Positions 49,502 through 59,006 of a stretch of 64,000 nt of DNA are shown here, piece after piece (position 1 is the stretch's first letter; the number at the start of each line of letters is the position of its first letter). Both the position numbers and the translations under genes were made by a program. This DNA comes from Nanobdellota archaeon (lineage in GTDB: Archaea; Nanobdellota; Nanobdellia; Parvarchaeales; Parvarchaeaceae). Location: contig JAJZBD010000005.1 in the NCBI GenBank assembly GCA_021799085.1, positions 4,498 through 68,497 on the forward strand. The letters run 5' to 3'. The notes under the pieces were generated by a model. That model was not told the DNA's origin, did no database searches, and saw nothing but the letters and a program-made list of their open reading frames with translations.

Positions 49502-49594
49502 AGGGCCCAAGGGGATTTGAACCCCTGTCAGATGGTTACTTCCAACTGAAGGCATTCGAAGCCATCAGTCCTATCCGGACTAGACTATAGGCCC
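49502..49594 (-). tRNA. tRNA-Arg (anticodon UCG) with ~19-nt intron (approx 49537..49555)
   Basis: Acceptor GGGCCTA/TGGGCCC, T-arm AGGGG-TTCAAAT-CCCCT. Anticodon stem GATGG...CCATC separated by 26 nt; canonical 37/38 splice gives loop CTTCGAA. Confidence 0.65.
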
Positions 49595-49755
49595 AAATTT
49601 TTATAGGCTTTCCAACAATTTATTTGTTTATCGGAGAAGTTAACTGCGTACTAATTATAATACCCCCCTAATAATCGATAGTATTTAACTTTAACACCGA
49701 CATCATTAATAGATTATTCATAAAAATTTAGGCTGATAATTTTATACTAACTAAA

Positions 49756-50223
49756 TTATTTTTGTGAGCCAAATTCTTTAATGAGCCTTTTACTGAATTC
49801 TTCCATTATTCTAAGCAGGTATTCTGTTTCCGGGCTCTTAATATCTGATAAAACTCTTATGACCCCTCCCTTACTTGAATTTTCTATTTTAGGTAAATCC
49901 ACAGAAACGAAATCTAAGATAACATTTACAACCTTGATTAAGGACTCCCATTGGATACTGGATATTTTATTCTGTAGTTCATCAAAATCTATATTATCGG
50001 ATATTTTGCTTAATATCGGGAGCAATTTTACAAATGCAGAAAATGCACCAAGGATAGTCATCGTTGTAGCATAATTAAAGATATTGTCTGACTGCTCTGA
50101 AATTGCATCGACGGCCCCCATTAAGCCTGATTCTTGTAGTTTTTTTAGAGAATTAATTGTAGGTTCCAAATCATTTAATTCATCTAATAAGTGTTCAATC
50201 TTGCCTATATTTTTACTGTCCAT
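49756..50223 (-). CDS. DUF1641-family protein (SQR-associated)
   Basis: Start tentatively at MDSKNIG (ATG 50221..50223); typical partner of SQR-type flavoproteins; overlaps SQR stop. Confidence 0.5.
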   Translation of the reverse strand: MDSKNIGKIEHLLDELNDLEPTINSLKKLQESGLMGAVDAISEQSDNIFNYATTMTILGAFSAFVKLLPILSKISDNIDFDELQNKISSIQWESLIKVVNVILDFVSVDLPKIENSSKGGVIRVLSDIKSPETEYLLRIMEEFSKRLIKEFGSQK

Positions 50224-51394
50224 AATACCAGCCCCCATAAACATTTGCCAGAAAGTATTTCTCATATATAGCATGAGCAAACTTAAGCATCTTATCCGGA
50301 GGTACAAGCCTGCAATCTGGAAATAAAGTGTCTGGTTTAGTCAACTTATCACCAAAATCACAGTATGCAAACATGCCCGCATCACCGGTATCACCTGCAC
50401 AAAGACCTACTGTATTGTATGGAATTGGAGCATGTATCCCCATTACATCACCTGCGATAAGAGATGCAACAGTATCTGCTTGAAAATGAGCGAAAACACC
50501 TGCCATACCTAAACCAACTGTTGGTGCAATAGAATCTCCAAGTCCATAAATATCATCAAATTTACTGTTTCTAAAGTTTTTTATGTTTGAATCAAGCCAA
50601 CCTTGCTTAGATAAAAGGTCCGGATTTTTAGCTATAAAATCCTGTGGTTTATGGGGTGGTGCGATTATTGCAAGATCATAGTCTATAGTTTCATTAGCTT
50701 CTCCAATTATTTTTTTATTTTCGCCATCGATATTTTTAGGATTAAAATTATTCACTGTGTGGATATCTCTCTCTTCAAACCACTTTGTAACTGGATTTGA
50801 TAGAACGGGACCAAACATTTCAAATGGTTTACTAGCAAAATGTGCTACGGTTATATTTACCTTATCGCGCATTCCTTTGTTTCTAAAATAATCATCAAGA
50901 ATCATGGCCATTTCCCAAGGGACCGGTGGGCATTTATATACCTTTGTAGTAACTCCAATAACAATGTTGCCACCTTTGAAAGTAGAAAGTTTGCTCCTTA
51001 AAGATATAGCCCCTTCTAAATCCCAAAATTGCTCTACATTGTTGTAACCAGGAAAAGATTGCTTATCAAACTTAACGCCAGGTGAAAGCACAAGAATGTC
51101 ATATGGTATTTTTTGACTAGAAAGTACAACATTACGGTTTGCAGCGTCTACATCTGTTACTTCTCCTTTTATTGGTTTTATCCCTCTCTTATAAAAATTT
51201 GAAATGTCTGTGCTTATTTGCTCAGGCAACCTGCTACCAATAGAAACGAGAGTTTGAGAAGGCTGAAAAACGGTTTTACCATATTTATCTATGATAGTTA
51301 TATGTGCTTTATCTTCAGGGATTAATCTTCTTAATTTACTAGCAACTAATCCGCCACCAGCTCCTGCACCAACTATGACAATTTCTTTCGTCAT
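50213..51394 (-). CDS. FAD-dependent pyridine nucleotide-disulfide oxidoreductase, sulfide:quinone oxidoreductase (SQR)-like
   Basis: 393 aa; IVIVGAGAGG FAD motif, second dinucleotide-binding region, Cys residues in C-terminal part; DUF1641 neighbour. Confidence 0.6.
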   Translation of the reverse strand: MTKEIVIVGAGAGGGLVASKLRRLIPEDKAHITIIDKYGKTVFQPSQTLVSIGSRLPEQISTDISNFYKRGIKPIKGEVTDVDAANRNVVLSSQKIPYDILVLSPGVKFDKQSFPGYNNVEQFWDLEGAISLRSKLSTFKGGNIVIGVTTKVYKCPPVPWEMAMILDDYFRNKGMRDKVNITVAHFASKPFEMFGPVLSNPVTKWFEERDIHTVNNFNPKNIDGENKKIIGEANETIDYDLAIIAPPHKPQDFIAKNPDLLSKQGWLDSNIKNFRNSKFDDIYGLGDSIAPTVGLGMAGVFAHFQADTVASLIAGDVMGIHAPIPYNTVGLCAGDTGDAGMFAYCDFGDKLTKPDTLFPDCRLVPPDKMLKFAHAIYEKYFLANVYGGWYYGQ

Positions 51395-51447
51395 ATAAAT
51401 TTATAATATTATAAATATTTAATATAATATAAACACTAAGTTAAAAA

Positions 51448-52059
51448 TCAAATCTCAATTATCTTCCCCTTTGGCCCGGCATTTATTATGTTTGTTTTAC
51501 CTAGCTTGTCTTCAAGTCCAAAAGTTTCATGCACATGTCCGCATATGCAGGCATCCGGCTTCGTTTTTTCTATCATATCTCTTACTGCAGTGCTTCCTAT
51601 CTTCATGTTATTCCCGATCTTGTCAAGCTTGGTATTGTACGGAGGAACATGCACTACCATTATCTTCTTCTTTGAGTTTTTTATGTAGTTGTAAGAGGAC
51701 TGTATTTTCTTGTAAAGCTCGTCCTCTGAAAGCTCGTTTGGACCGATGTTAGCTAGCCCGCATCCAAAGAAGCCGACATCTCCGATTTTAAATGAATAGT
51801 TGTGTAAGTCATAGATTGTATCTGGATAACGTTTCTTGAGCATGAAAATATCGGCTTCGCTATCGTGATTTCCTGGAATCAATGCAACCTTCTTATCTGC
51901 ATCCTTGAACGGCTTAAGCAGGCCCTCCAAGCCGTTACCAAATATTGAAAGGTCGCCAGCAAGTATTATCAAATCTGCTTTTTCCTTCTTTGCTTTCTTT
52001 GCAAGGGCCTCTGCAGCCTGTAAATCCCCGTGAATGTCTGAAGCAGCAAGTATTTTCAT
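51448..52059 (-). CDS. metallophosphoesterase (YfcE/MJ0936 family)
   Basis: 203 aa; SDIHGD, LAGDLS, GNHDSE, VHVPP, GHVH motifs. Confidence 0.7.
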   Translation of the reverse strand: MKILAASDIHGDLQAAEALAKKAKKEKADLIILAGDLSIFGNGLEGLLKPFKDADKKVALIPGNHDSEADIFMLKKRYPDTIYDLHNYSFKIGDVGFFGCGLANIGPNELSEDELYKKIQSSYNYIKNSKKKIMVVHVPPYNTKLDKIGNNMKIGSTAVRDMIEKTKPDACICGHVHETFGLEDKLGKTNIINAGPKGKIIEI

Positions 52060-52077
52060 AAGTTATTTACATAAGCG

Positions 52078-54213
52078 TTAAACAAATACCTTTCTGTCAA
52101 GCAAGGTATTCTCATTTTTATGAAGATACGAGTAAACCTTCTGTGCAACACCCCTGCCTAACAAGGAGCTTAAGCGTTCCAGCCCTGCTTCCTTTAATAA
52201 TTTTAAGGAGGTTATTCCTGCCGAATAAAGCTTTCTTGCTCTTACTCTTCCTATCTCTGGCATGGATACTAAAGGTATCAGCTCTGCCTTTATACCGTTT
52301 TTTATCCTTATGCTGATCTCATTTATTTCTCTTTTTCTTAGCTGCATTACCTTGCTGATTTCGCTTAATGAGTATACAAGCCATTTTGTGTTCTCAAGTA
52401 TATTGTAGAACTCTCCGGGCAAAAGGCCGTATTCCTCTTCCATGTATTTTTCATTCTTCTCAGAGATCCAGTCCTGCATAACATGTGCCATCTTTATTGC
52501 AGATACAAACCTGTCATAATCCACAATATTCTCATCTGCTGATAAGTCAAGCTCATAGCTTTCCTCTTCATATTTCTGGAATTCTTTTTGGTTTACCCGT
52601 ATGTTCCTGAATTCCTCGCTGCAGAATATTACGTGCAACAAATCTAATTCATCTATCTTTTCCTTCTTCTTTATCCTTTCAATGAATTTTATGAACAACG
52701 AACCAGTCAATGGATCTATGTAAAGTGAGTTTACAAGCTTGCCCATCCTAGTAACCTCAATTTTGTCTTTATTGCCTGTTATAAAATCATTTTCTTCCAA
52801 AAATGAGATGGCATCGTCTATCTTGTCGTATACATCTATTCCGCTGAAATGCATAAATGTTTCATTAAAGAAGTTTGAAACGCTGTCTTCTTTGTCGTAT
52901 ATTCCCAGGCAGAATAGATTCAAGGTGTACTTCCTTATCGCTATCTCGCTGTTGAATTTTGATGTTATGGGCTCTATCTCTCCGCTGAAGTACTTTTCTT
53001 CTATTATGTCTAGTTCTCCTTCGTTCCTTGCAACTACTATTGCATTCCCTTCCTTATCGTATTTCGGCCTTCCTGCCCTGCCCATCATCTGCTCAACTTC
53101 TATGGCAGGAAGCAGTTCCATACCATAATCCCCGTATCTTCGTATTGAATTTATTATAACTGTATTAGCGGGGAGGTTTACGCCCATAGCAAGAGTAGGG
53201 GTAGCCACTATGAATTTTATCAGCCCGTTTTTGAAGTTGTCCTCAATCAGCTTCCTCTGCTTATTTACTAGGCCGGCGTGATGGAATGCAACACCCTGCT
53301 TTACAAGATCACTTAGAAGTTCGCACTGCGTTGTGGGCCTTTCAAGCACATTCAACACTTCTTTTGAAACGGAAATAAGCATTTTCTTGTCATCATCTGA
53401 AAGCTTGTTTCCTATTATTGATCCAATCGTCTTTGCATTCGCAACAACTGTTCTTTTGTTCTGCGAGAATACTAGAGCCTGTTTGTTGTTTTTAAAAAGC
53501 CATGAAATTATATTTGAAAGCGGATCTTCGTAACCACTGTTTAATTTTTCCACGCTTCCGTTTATAAGCTCACCTTCAAAGTATTTTTTCTTTGAAAGCT
53601 TGACCGGCCTGAAATCGCTCTTTACAAGCTCGGCCTTCAGCCATTCTGCCAGCTCATCTGCATTCCCTATAGTGGCGCTTAATCCAATTGTCTGTGCATT
53701 CGGGAATAACAGCTTGTTTAATGTCACAAGAAACTCCAGAGTAGGCCCCCTTCCAATGTCTGAAAGCAAATGCACCTCATCGTAGACTATGCAGCCAATA
53801 TTACCTATCTTATGCAGTGAGTTCCTTATTATGCTGTCGAACTTCTCTGTGGAAGCGAAGATTACATCGTATTTATCTATATTGTAATCCTTTTCATTGT
53901 AATCTCCGATTGAAAGTATTGCCTTTATATCACTGTTCTCCTTCACAAAATCCTCATATTTTTCGGAAATCAATGCCCTTAAAGGTGCAAGGTAGATCGA
54001 TTTTTTGCCTGACAAAAAAGAATTCAGTATAGCCATCTCTGCTATCAGCGTTTTACCGGAAGCGGTCGGCGCTGAAACTACCATGCTCTTTCCAGTAAAA
54101 AGCCCTCTCTTCACAGCATCTGACTGTGGGGGCATGAAATATTCTATTTTTTTCTCCAGTCTTTGGTATATTCTCTCTGGAATGTAACTCTTGAGTTCAC
54201 TTAATTTATCCAT
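52078..54213 (-). CDS. hel308: Hel308/Hjm (Ski2-like) DNA helicase
   Basis: 711 aa; Walker A APTASGKT, DEVH box, helicase C motifs QMMGRAGR, C-terminal HhH-like domain. Confidence 0.8.
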   Translation of the reverse strand: MDKLSELKSYIPERIYQRLEKKIEYFMPPQSDAVKRGLFTGKSMVVSAPTASGKTLIAEMAILNSFLSGKKSIYLAPLRALISEKYEDFVKENSDIKAILSIGDYNEKDYNIDKYDVIFASTEKFDSIIRNSLHKIGNIGCIVYDEVHLLSDIGRGPTLEFLVTLNKLLFPNAQTIGLSATIGNADELAEWLKAELVKSDFRPVKLSKKKYFEGELINGSVEKLNSGYEDPLSNIISWLFKNNKQALVFSQNKRTVVANAKTIGSIIGNKLSDDDKKMLISVSKEVLNVLERPTTQCELLSDLVKQGVAFHHAGLVNKQRKLIEDNFKNGLIKFIVATPTLAMGVNLPANTVIINSIRRYGDYGMELLPAIEVEQMMGRAGRPKYDKEGNAIVVARNEGELDIIEEKYFSGEIEPITSKFNSEIAIRKYTLNLFCLGIYDKEDSVSNFFNETFMHFSGIDVYDKIDDAISFLEENDFITGNKDKIEVTRMGKLVNSLYIDPLTGSLFIKFIERIKKKEKIDELDLLHVIFCSEEFRNIRVNQKEFQKYEEESYELDLSADENIVDYDRFVSAIKMAHVMQDWISEKNEKYMEEEYGLLPGEFYNILENTKWLVYSLSEISKVMQLRKREINEISIRIKNGIKAELIPLVSMPEIGRVRARKLYSAGITSLKLLKEAGLERLSSLLGRGVAQKVYSYLHKNENTLLDRKVFV

Positions 54214-54284
54214 TAATTTTATTGTATTTAAAGAATAAAAAACATATTATTTTAAGTAATAATACACAAAATTGCAAAAACAAT

Positions 54285-55424
54285 ATGAAAGTTCTTTTCT
54301 TAGGATGGGAGTTTCCTCCGCACTCAGTGGGGGGTTTGGGTACTCATTCGTATAATATTGTAAAGGCACTTTCTGAGAAGGGAGTAATAGTAAACGTAAT
54401 ACTTCCGTTCAAGGAGCACAGTGAAATAAAAGGCGTAAATTTCTTGACGTTTGAAAGCGAGCTTTTTGAAAGCATGTACAACCTAAGCACTAAAAAAGAG
54501 ATAAATGAAACAAGTGAAAAAAGCCTTTACAAAGATGTTTTTAATGAAGTAGAAGAATACAAAAACAAAGCTTTAGAGCTTTCTTCCCAAGTAGAGTTTG
54601 ACGTTATACATGCAAATGACTGGGTAACTGGAAAAGCAGCCATAGAAATTAAAAAAAGAACTGGTAAAAAACTGGTGGCAACTATACACAGCACGGAATA
54701 CGACAGAACCGCTGGCAAGCCTTGGGAAAGGATAGCAAAGGAGGAAAAAGAACTTATAGACAATGCAGATGTTGTCGTAACTGTAAGCAGACGGCTCAAA
54801 GAAGAACTTATTGCTTTATACAATGCTGATGGAAAAAAGGTAAGTGTTATCTATAATGCTATTAACCGGGAAAAATTCAATGGAATAAAAAGAGACAGCA
54901 ACAGAAAGGTGGTACTCTATGTTGGAAGGTTGTCTGTACAAAAGGGAATAGACAACTTGATAAGGGCATTCAAAATAGTATCTAAGAAAAATGATGATGC
55001 TCTGCTGTACATAATAGGGGAAGGGCCAGAACTTTCAAATTTGATAAACCTATCAATAAACCTTGATCTTTCCGATAAAGTAATCTTCTTAGGAAGAGTT
55101 CCGGATGCAGAAATGGAAATGCTGTATTCTATTGCAAATGTATTCGTAATGCCTTCAGTATCTGAACCTTTTGGGATAGTGGCACTTGAAGCAATAGCCT
55201 CAAACGTTCCAACCATAGTGTCTTCTCAGTCAGGGGTTTCTGAGATTATAAAAAACACCCTTACAGTGAATTTCTGGGACACGGAACAGATGGCTGATTT
55301 AATACTTGGACTGTTGGAATACAGTGAAATAAACAAAGAAATGGCAAAAAATGCATATAAAGAGCTTGACAGCATTACTTGGGAAAAAGCCGCAGAAAAA
55401 TTCATAGAAACGTACAATAAATAA
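54285..55424 (+). CDS. glycosyltransferase family 4 (GT-B)
   Basis: Start moved to MKVLFLGWEFPPHSVGGLG; C-terminal E-x7-E-type GT4 region (SEPFGIVALEA). Confidence 0.7.
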   Translation: MKVLFLGWEFPPHSVGGLGTHSYNIVKALSEKGVIVNVILPFKEHSEIKGVNFLTFESELFESMYNLSTKKEINETSEKSLYKDVFNEVEEYKNKALELSSQVEFDVIHANDWVTGKAAIEIKKRTGKKLVATIHSTEYDRTAGKPWERIAKEEKELIDNADVVVTVSRRLKEELIALYNADGKKVSVIYNAINREKFNGIKRDSNRKVVLYVGRLSVQKGIDNLIRAFKIVSKKNDDALLYIIGEGPELSNLINLSINLDLSDKVIFLGRVPDAEMEMLYSIANVFVMPSVSEPFGIVALEAIASNVPTIVSSQSGVSEIIKNTLTVNFWDTEQMADLILGLLEYSEINKEMAKNAYKELDSITWEKAAEKFIETYNK

Positions 55425-55451
55425 AGCGGTCTAAACAAACTTTATTAATAC

Positions 55452-56726
55452 TTGTTTCTTAGAATAATAATGAATATAGACTTAACGTTTGAATACATAG
55501 TCCTTTCGATAGCATTGGGCGCAGTATTCGGCCTTGAAAATGAATACAGAATGCAAAAAGGCGTAAAGATATTCATGGGCTTCAGAACATCAATATTCAT
55601 TGCCCTTTTGGGTGACATCTTTGCCATTTTCTATGAGATTTTTGGATACCCTTCCATTATAATAACAGGATTTGCAGTTATGATTGCCTTTTCAAGCGCA
55701 ATCTACTTTGAAAAGAATGCAAAGACAAGGAATCCGGGCGCAACGACGTATATAAGCTCGATGATACTTTTTTTGTCGGGAATGCTTGTGGGGTTAGGTT
55801 ACTATGAATATGCAATAGTCATAGTTATACTAATAACTGCAATAAGCTTCTACAAAAGAGAATTCCTTTATTTCATAACATCAATAAAGAAAAGCGAGAT
55901 AATAGCAGCTATAAACTTATTGATAATATCCTTTGTTATACTTCCGCTGCTTCCAAACACATATATGGGGCCCTATGGCTTCTTTAATCCCTTCCAGTTC
56001 TGGCTTCTTGTGGCATTAGTAGGAACCGTCTTTTTCTTGCAGTATGCTCTGCTTAGAGTATCAAAATCCGGCCTGCTCGTTTCAACTGTAATAGGCAGTT
56101 TAATAACAGGCACAACTATAACCTTTGCTCTCATAAATTTAGGAAACAGGTTCAGAAAACTTGGAAAAGCGGTTGTTTACAATGTTGTAGTAGCAGCAAA
56201 CATACCTATGATTCTTATCCAGGCCCTCCTTATAATATATATAGTGACACTCTCATCAAAAGTCATTTATTATATGATACCCGTTACTGCAGTTTCAATA
56301 ATAAGCCTTTTAATGATTTATCTGATTGGCAAAGGTGAAATAAACAAGAAGGCAGAAAGGCCAAACAATCCATTTCCTCTTGTAAAAACACTTGAATTCG
56401 CTGCCGTCTTCTTCGTAGTTCTTTCAGTTTCAAGAATAGTTGCAGTCGTAGCGCCGAATCTGCTTATAGTTGACATGTTTTTGTCTGCGCTTGCAAATAT
56501 AGTGGGTGCTGCATTTGCGTTGGGAACACTTTTATTGGATCACCAGATAAGTGCAAGCTACACTGCAATGCTTTTAGGGGTATCAATATTTGCGGCAATA
56601 ATAGAAAAAGGATTTATAGGGTTGATATCAAGGGACAAAAGCACAAGAAAGGGAATATTTGGTTATTCTATGCTTGTAGGCCTCATCCTTTTGATAACCC
56701 TATTTGTGCAATACCATGGAATTTAA
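55452..56726 (+). CDS. MgtC-family / DUF4010 membrane protein
   Basis: 424 aa, ~11 TM; N-terminal LSIALGAVFGLENEY resembles MgtC GxxxGxERE region. Confidence 0.5.
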   Translation: MFLRIIMNIDLTFEYIVLSIALGAVFGLENEYRMQKGVKIFMGFRTSIFIALLGDIFAIFYEIFGYPSIIITGFAVMIAFSSAIYFEKNAKTRNPGATTYISSMILFLSGMLVGLGYYEYAIVIVILITAISFYKREFLYFITSIKKSEIIAAINLLIISFVILPLLPNTYMGPYGFFNPFQFWLLVALVGTVFFLQYALLRVSKSGLLVSTVIGSLITGTTITFALINLGNRFRKLGKAVVYNVVVAANIPMILIQALLIIYIVTLSSKVIYYMIPVTAVSIISLLMIYLIGKGEINKKAERPNNPFPLVKTLEFAAVFFVVLSVSRIVAVVAPNLLIVDMFLSALANIVGAAFALGTLLLDHQISASYTAMLLGVSIFAAIIEKGFIGLISRDKSTRKGIFGYSMLVGLILLITLFVQYHGI

Positions 56727-58149
56727 ATTTGACAAGGAAAGGCTGGAAAAGCTCGAAAGGCTGAAAAAGGAAGGAATAGAGCCATACGGCAGCAGATTTG
56801 ATGCCGAGATGCATTCCATTGATATAAAAGAAAACTTTGAAAAACTTGAGGGAAAAGAAACTACAGTAGCAGGAAGGATAATGGCGAAGAGAGACCATGG
56901 GAAGATAAAATTCATAGACCTGCAGGATGAGGAAGGCAGCATACAAATATACTTTTCAGAAAAACACGTTGATGAAGAGTCAATAAAAATTGCCGAGGAA
57001 CTTGATACTGGGGATATAATAGGAGTAAAGGGCACAATCGTTAAAACAAAGACAAATGAAATATCAGTTGATGCAAAAAAAATAACCATGCTTAGCAAAT
57101 CTCTACTGCCAATGCCTTCCAGATGGTATGGGCTTGAGGACACGGAAAAAAGGTACAGGAAAAGATACCTTGATTTCATAATAAACAGAGAATCACTGGA
57201 AAAGATAAAAAAAGGGAGCGTAATGCTTTCCAAGGTAAGAGAAATAATGGAGAAAAGGGGATTTACTGAAGTCACAGTACCAATACTTCAACCGATACCT
57301 GGTGGTGCAAATGCAAAGCCCTTTATAACCCATTACAATTCATTAGACAGGGATTTTTACCTTAAGATAGCATCAGAGCTATACCTTAAACGTCTTCTTG
57401 TGGGGGGTTTTGAAAGGGTATTTGACATAAGCAAGAACTTTAGAAATGAAGGTGTAGATACCAGGCACAATCCAGAATTCATAATGCTGGAGGTATACCA
57501 AGCATATGGTGATTTAAGTACAATGCTTGAGCTTACTGAAGAAATAGTAAAAGAATCCATTTATGCAGCAAATAAAACTTATAAAGTCAAATTTGGAGAA
57601 AAAATGATAGACCTATCAAAATTCCAGATAAAAACAATGGAAGAAATGGTAAAGGAAAACACTGGAATAAACAGCGAAGAAGAGATTATAAAGAGGGGGA
57701 AGCAGCTTGACAGCAAGGTAAGTTCATACGGCGAAGCCATAAATGCCATATTTGAGGCAAAGATATCAGACAACATAATGGATCCAATATTTGTCACAAG
57801 GTTCCCGATTGAGGTATCGCCTCTCGCAAAGAAAACATCCGATGATCCAAGGTTTGTATACAGATTTGAACTCTACATAGCGGGCATGGAGATAGCGAAT
57901 GCCTTTTCGGAATTAAACGACCCCATAGACCAGATAAGCAGATTTGAGGAAGAAGCTAGAAGAAAGAACAGGGGAATTGATGAAACACAAGAGTTTGATA
58001 TGGATTTCATAGAAGCGATGAGTTATGGAATGCCTCCAGCAGGCGGTGTAGGCATAGGGATAGATAGACTGCAAATGATAGGAACCGACTCTAAAAGCAT
58101 AAAGGAAGTTATACCTTTCCCACAACTTAGAACATTTGAAGATCAATAA
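56704..58149 (+). CDS. lysS: lysyl-tRNA synthetase, class II
   Basis: N-terminal OB anticodon-binding domain; class II motifs FRNEG and GGVGIGIDRLQM. Confidence 0.85.
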   Translation: MCNTMEFKFDKERLEKLERLKKEGIEPYGSRFDAEMHSIDIKENFEKLEGKETTVAGRIMAKRDHGKIKFIDLQDEEGSIQIYFSEKHVDEESIKIAEELDTGDIIGVKGTIVKTKTNEISVDAKKITMLSKSLLPMPSRWYGLEDTEKRYRKRYLDFIINRESLEKIKKGSVMLSKVREIMEKRGFTEVTVPILQPIPGGANAKPFITHYNSLDRDFYLKIASELYLKRLLVGGFERVFDISKNFRNEGVDTRHNPEFIMLEVYQAYGDLSTMLELTEEIVKESIYAANKTYKVKFGEKMIDLSKFQIKTMEEMVKENTGINSEEEIIKRGKQLDSKVSSYGEAINAIFEAKISDNIMDPIFVTRFPIEVSPLAKKTSDDPRFVYRFELYIAGMEIANAFSELNDPIDQISRFEEEARRKNRGIDETQEFDMDFIEAMSYGMPPAGGVGIGIDRLQMIGTDSKSIKEVIPFPQLRTFEDQ

Positions 58150-58201
58150 ATAAAAAAAATAAAAAATAATTAATGTTTTGCTATTTAACTAAAAATAGGA
58201 A

Positions 58202-58339
58202 TTACTGTGTTCCTTTTCTCTTGTTATAGCAGTCTCTGCAGTAAACTGGTCTGCCCTCTTGTGGCTGGAAAGGAACCTCAGTCTCTTTCCCACAATCGGA
58301 ACATACAGCTTTATACATTCTTCTTTCGAATTTTGCCAT
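58202..58339 (-). CDS. small zinc-ribbon protein (45 aa), not in ORF track
   Basis: MAKFERRMYKAVCSDCGKETEVPFQPQEGRPVYCRDCYNKRKGTQ; two CxxC pairs; GGAGG Shine-Dalgarno 5 nt upstream of ATG. Confidence 0.5.
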   Translation of the reverse strand: MAKFERRMYKAVCSDCGKETEVPFQPQEGRPVYCRDCYNKRKGTQ

Positions 58340-58464
58340 ATTCCTCCTTAAGAACGAAGTTTAGAAATCCAATAAGAGAAAGTTTGAATAAACAATAAAC
58401 TCCTACTAGAACCCCCTAACATCATTCCTCTACCTTATGTATAAGAACCAGTCTATTTATAAAC

Positions 58465-58791
58465 TTATCTATTGTGGCTAATTAAGTAAAAAACCCAGTT
58501 TTTACCTGGTTCATTCTCTTTACTCTCGTAAGAAGCACTCATAGATTTTATCTCATTATACAGACCTAGGTAGTTTATTATCTTAACAGTACCGCTTATC
58601 GTTTTAAGGTTATCTAAAGTAAGGATTGATTCTGACTTACTTTCCAGAATCTTACTTGCAAGATCCAAAGCTGCCTTCTCGCCGAATTTATTGTAGGTGG
58701 AGTAAAGCTCCTTTTCTAGGTTTACAGAGTAATCCGCTGCATCCAATGACTTTATTGCGTCCACTATTTTTTCCAAAGAATTCTTTTCCAT
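58465..58791 (-). CDS. hypothetical protein
   Basis: 108 aa, helical, no motif. Confidence 0.3.
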   Translation of the reverse strand: MEKNSLEKIVDAIKSLDAADYSVNLEKELYSTYNKFGEKAALDLASKILESKSESILTLDNLKTISGTVKIINYLGLYNEIKSMSASYESKENEPGKNWVFYLISHNR

Positions 58792-58857
58792 TTTTCCTCC
58801 GTTATTTAACAGATAAAAAATAGAACAGCAATATTATTTAAGCTTTGTGAATAATAT

Positions 58858-58956
58858 TGGCCTGGCCGAGATTTGGACTCGGGACCCCTGCTTTTCCTAA
58901 AATGTTGGAGCATACTCATATAAGAGCAGTGCTCTACCGGGCTAAGCTACCAGGCC
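58858..58956 (-). tRNA. tRNA-Ile, anticodon read as UAU, with ~25-nt intron (approx 58894..58918)
   Basis: Acceptor GGCCTGG/CCAGGCC, T-arm CCGAG-TCCAAAT-CTCGG. Anticodon stem CTGCT...AGCAG separated by 32 nt; every splice choice I tried gives TAT at 34-36. Confidence 0.6.
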
Positions 58957-59006
58957 ACAATGACTACTTTAATAGATACTTCAAATATTTATAATTACCT
59001 GATAGT

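Noticed and set aside
56683-57275. Minus-strand ORFs (87 and 191 aa) overlapping the lysS start region
   Set aside because: Antisense to a strongly supported class II LysRS; serine/phenylalanine-rich artefactual translation.
58207-58398. 63-aa plus-strand ORF from the track
   Set aside because: The opposite strand encodes a compact CxxC...CxxC zinc-ribbon ORF with a GGAGG ribosome-binding site; the plus-strand ORF has no features.
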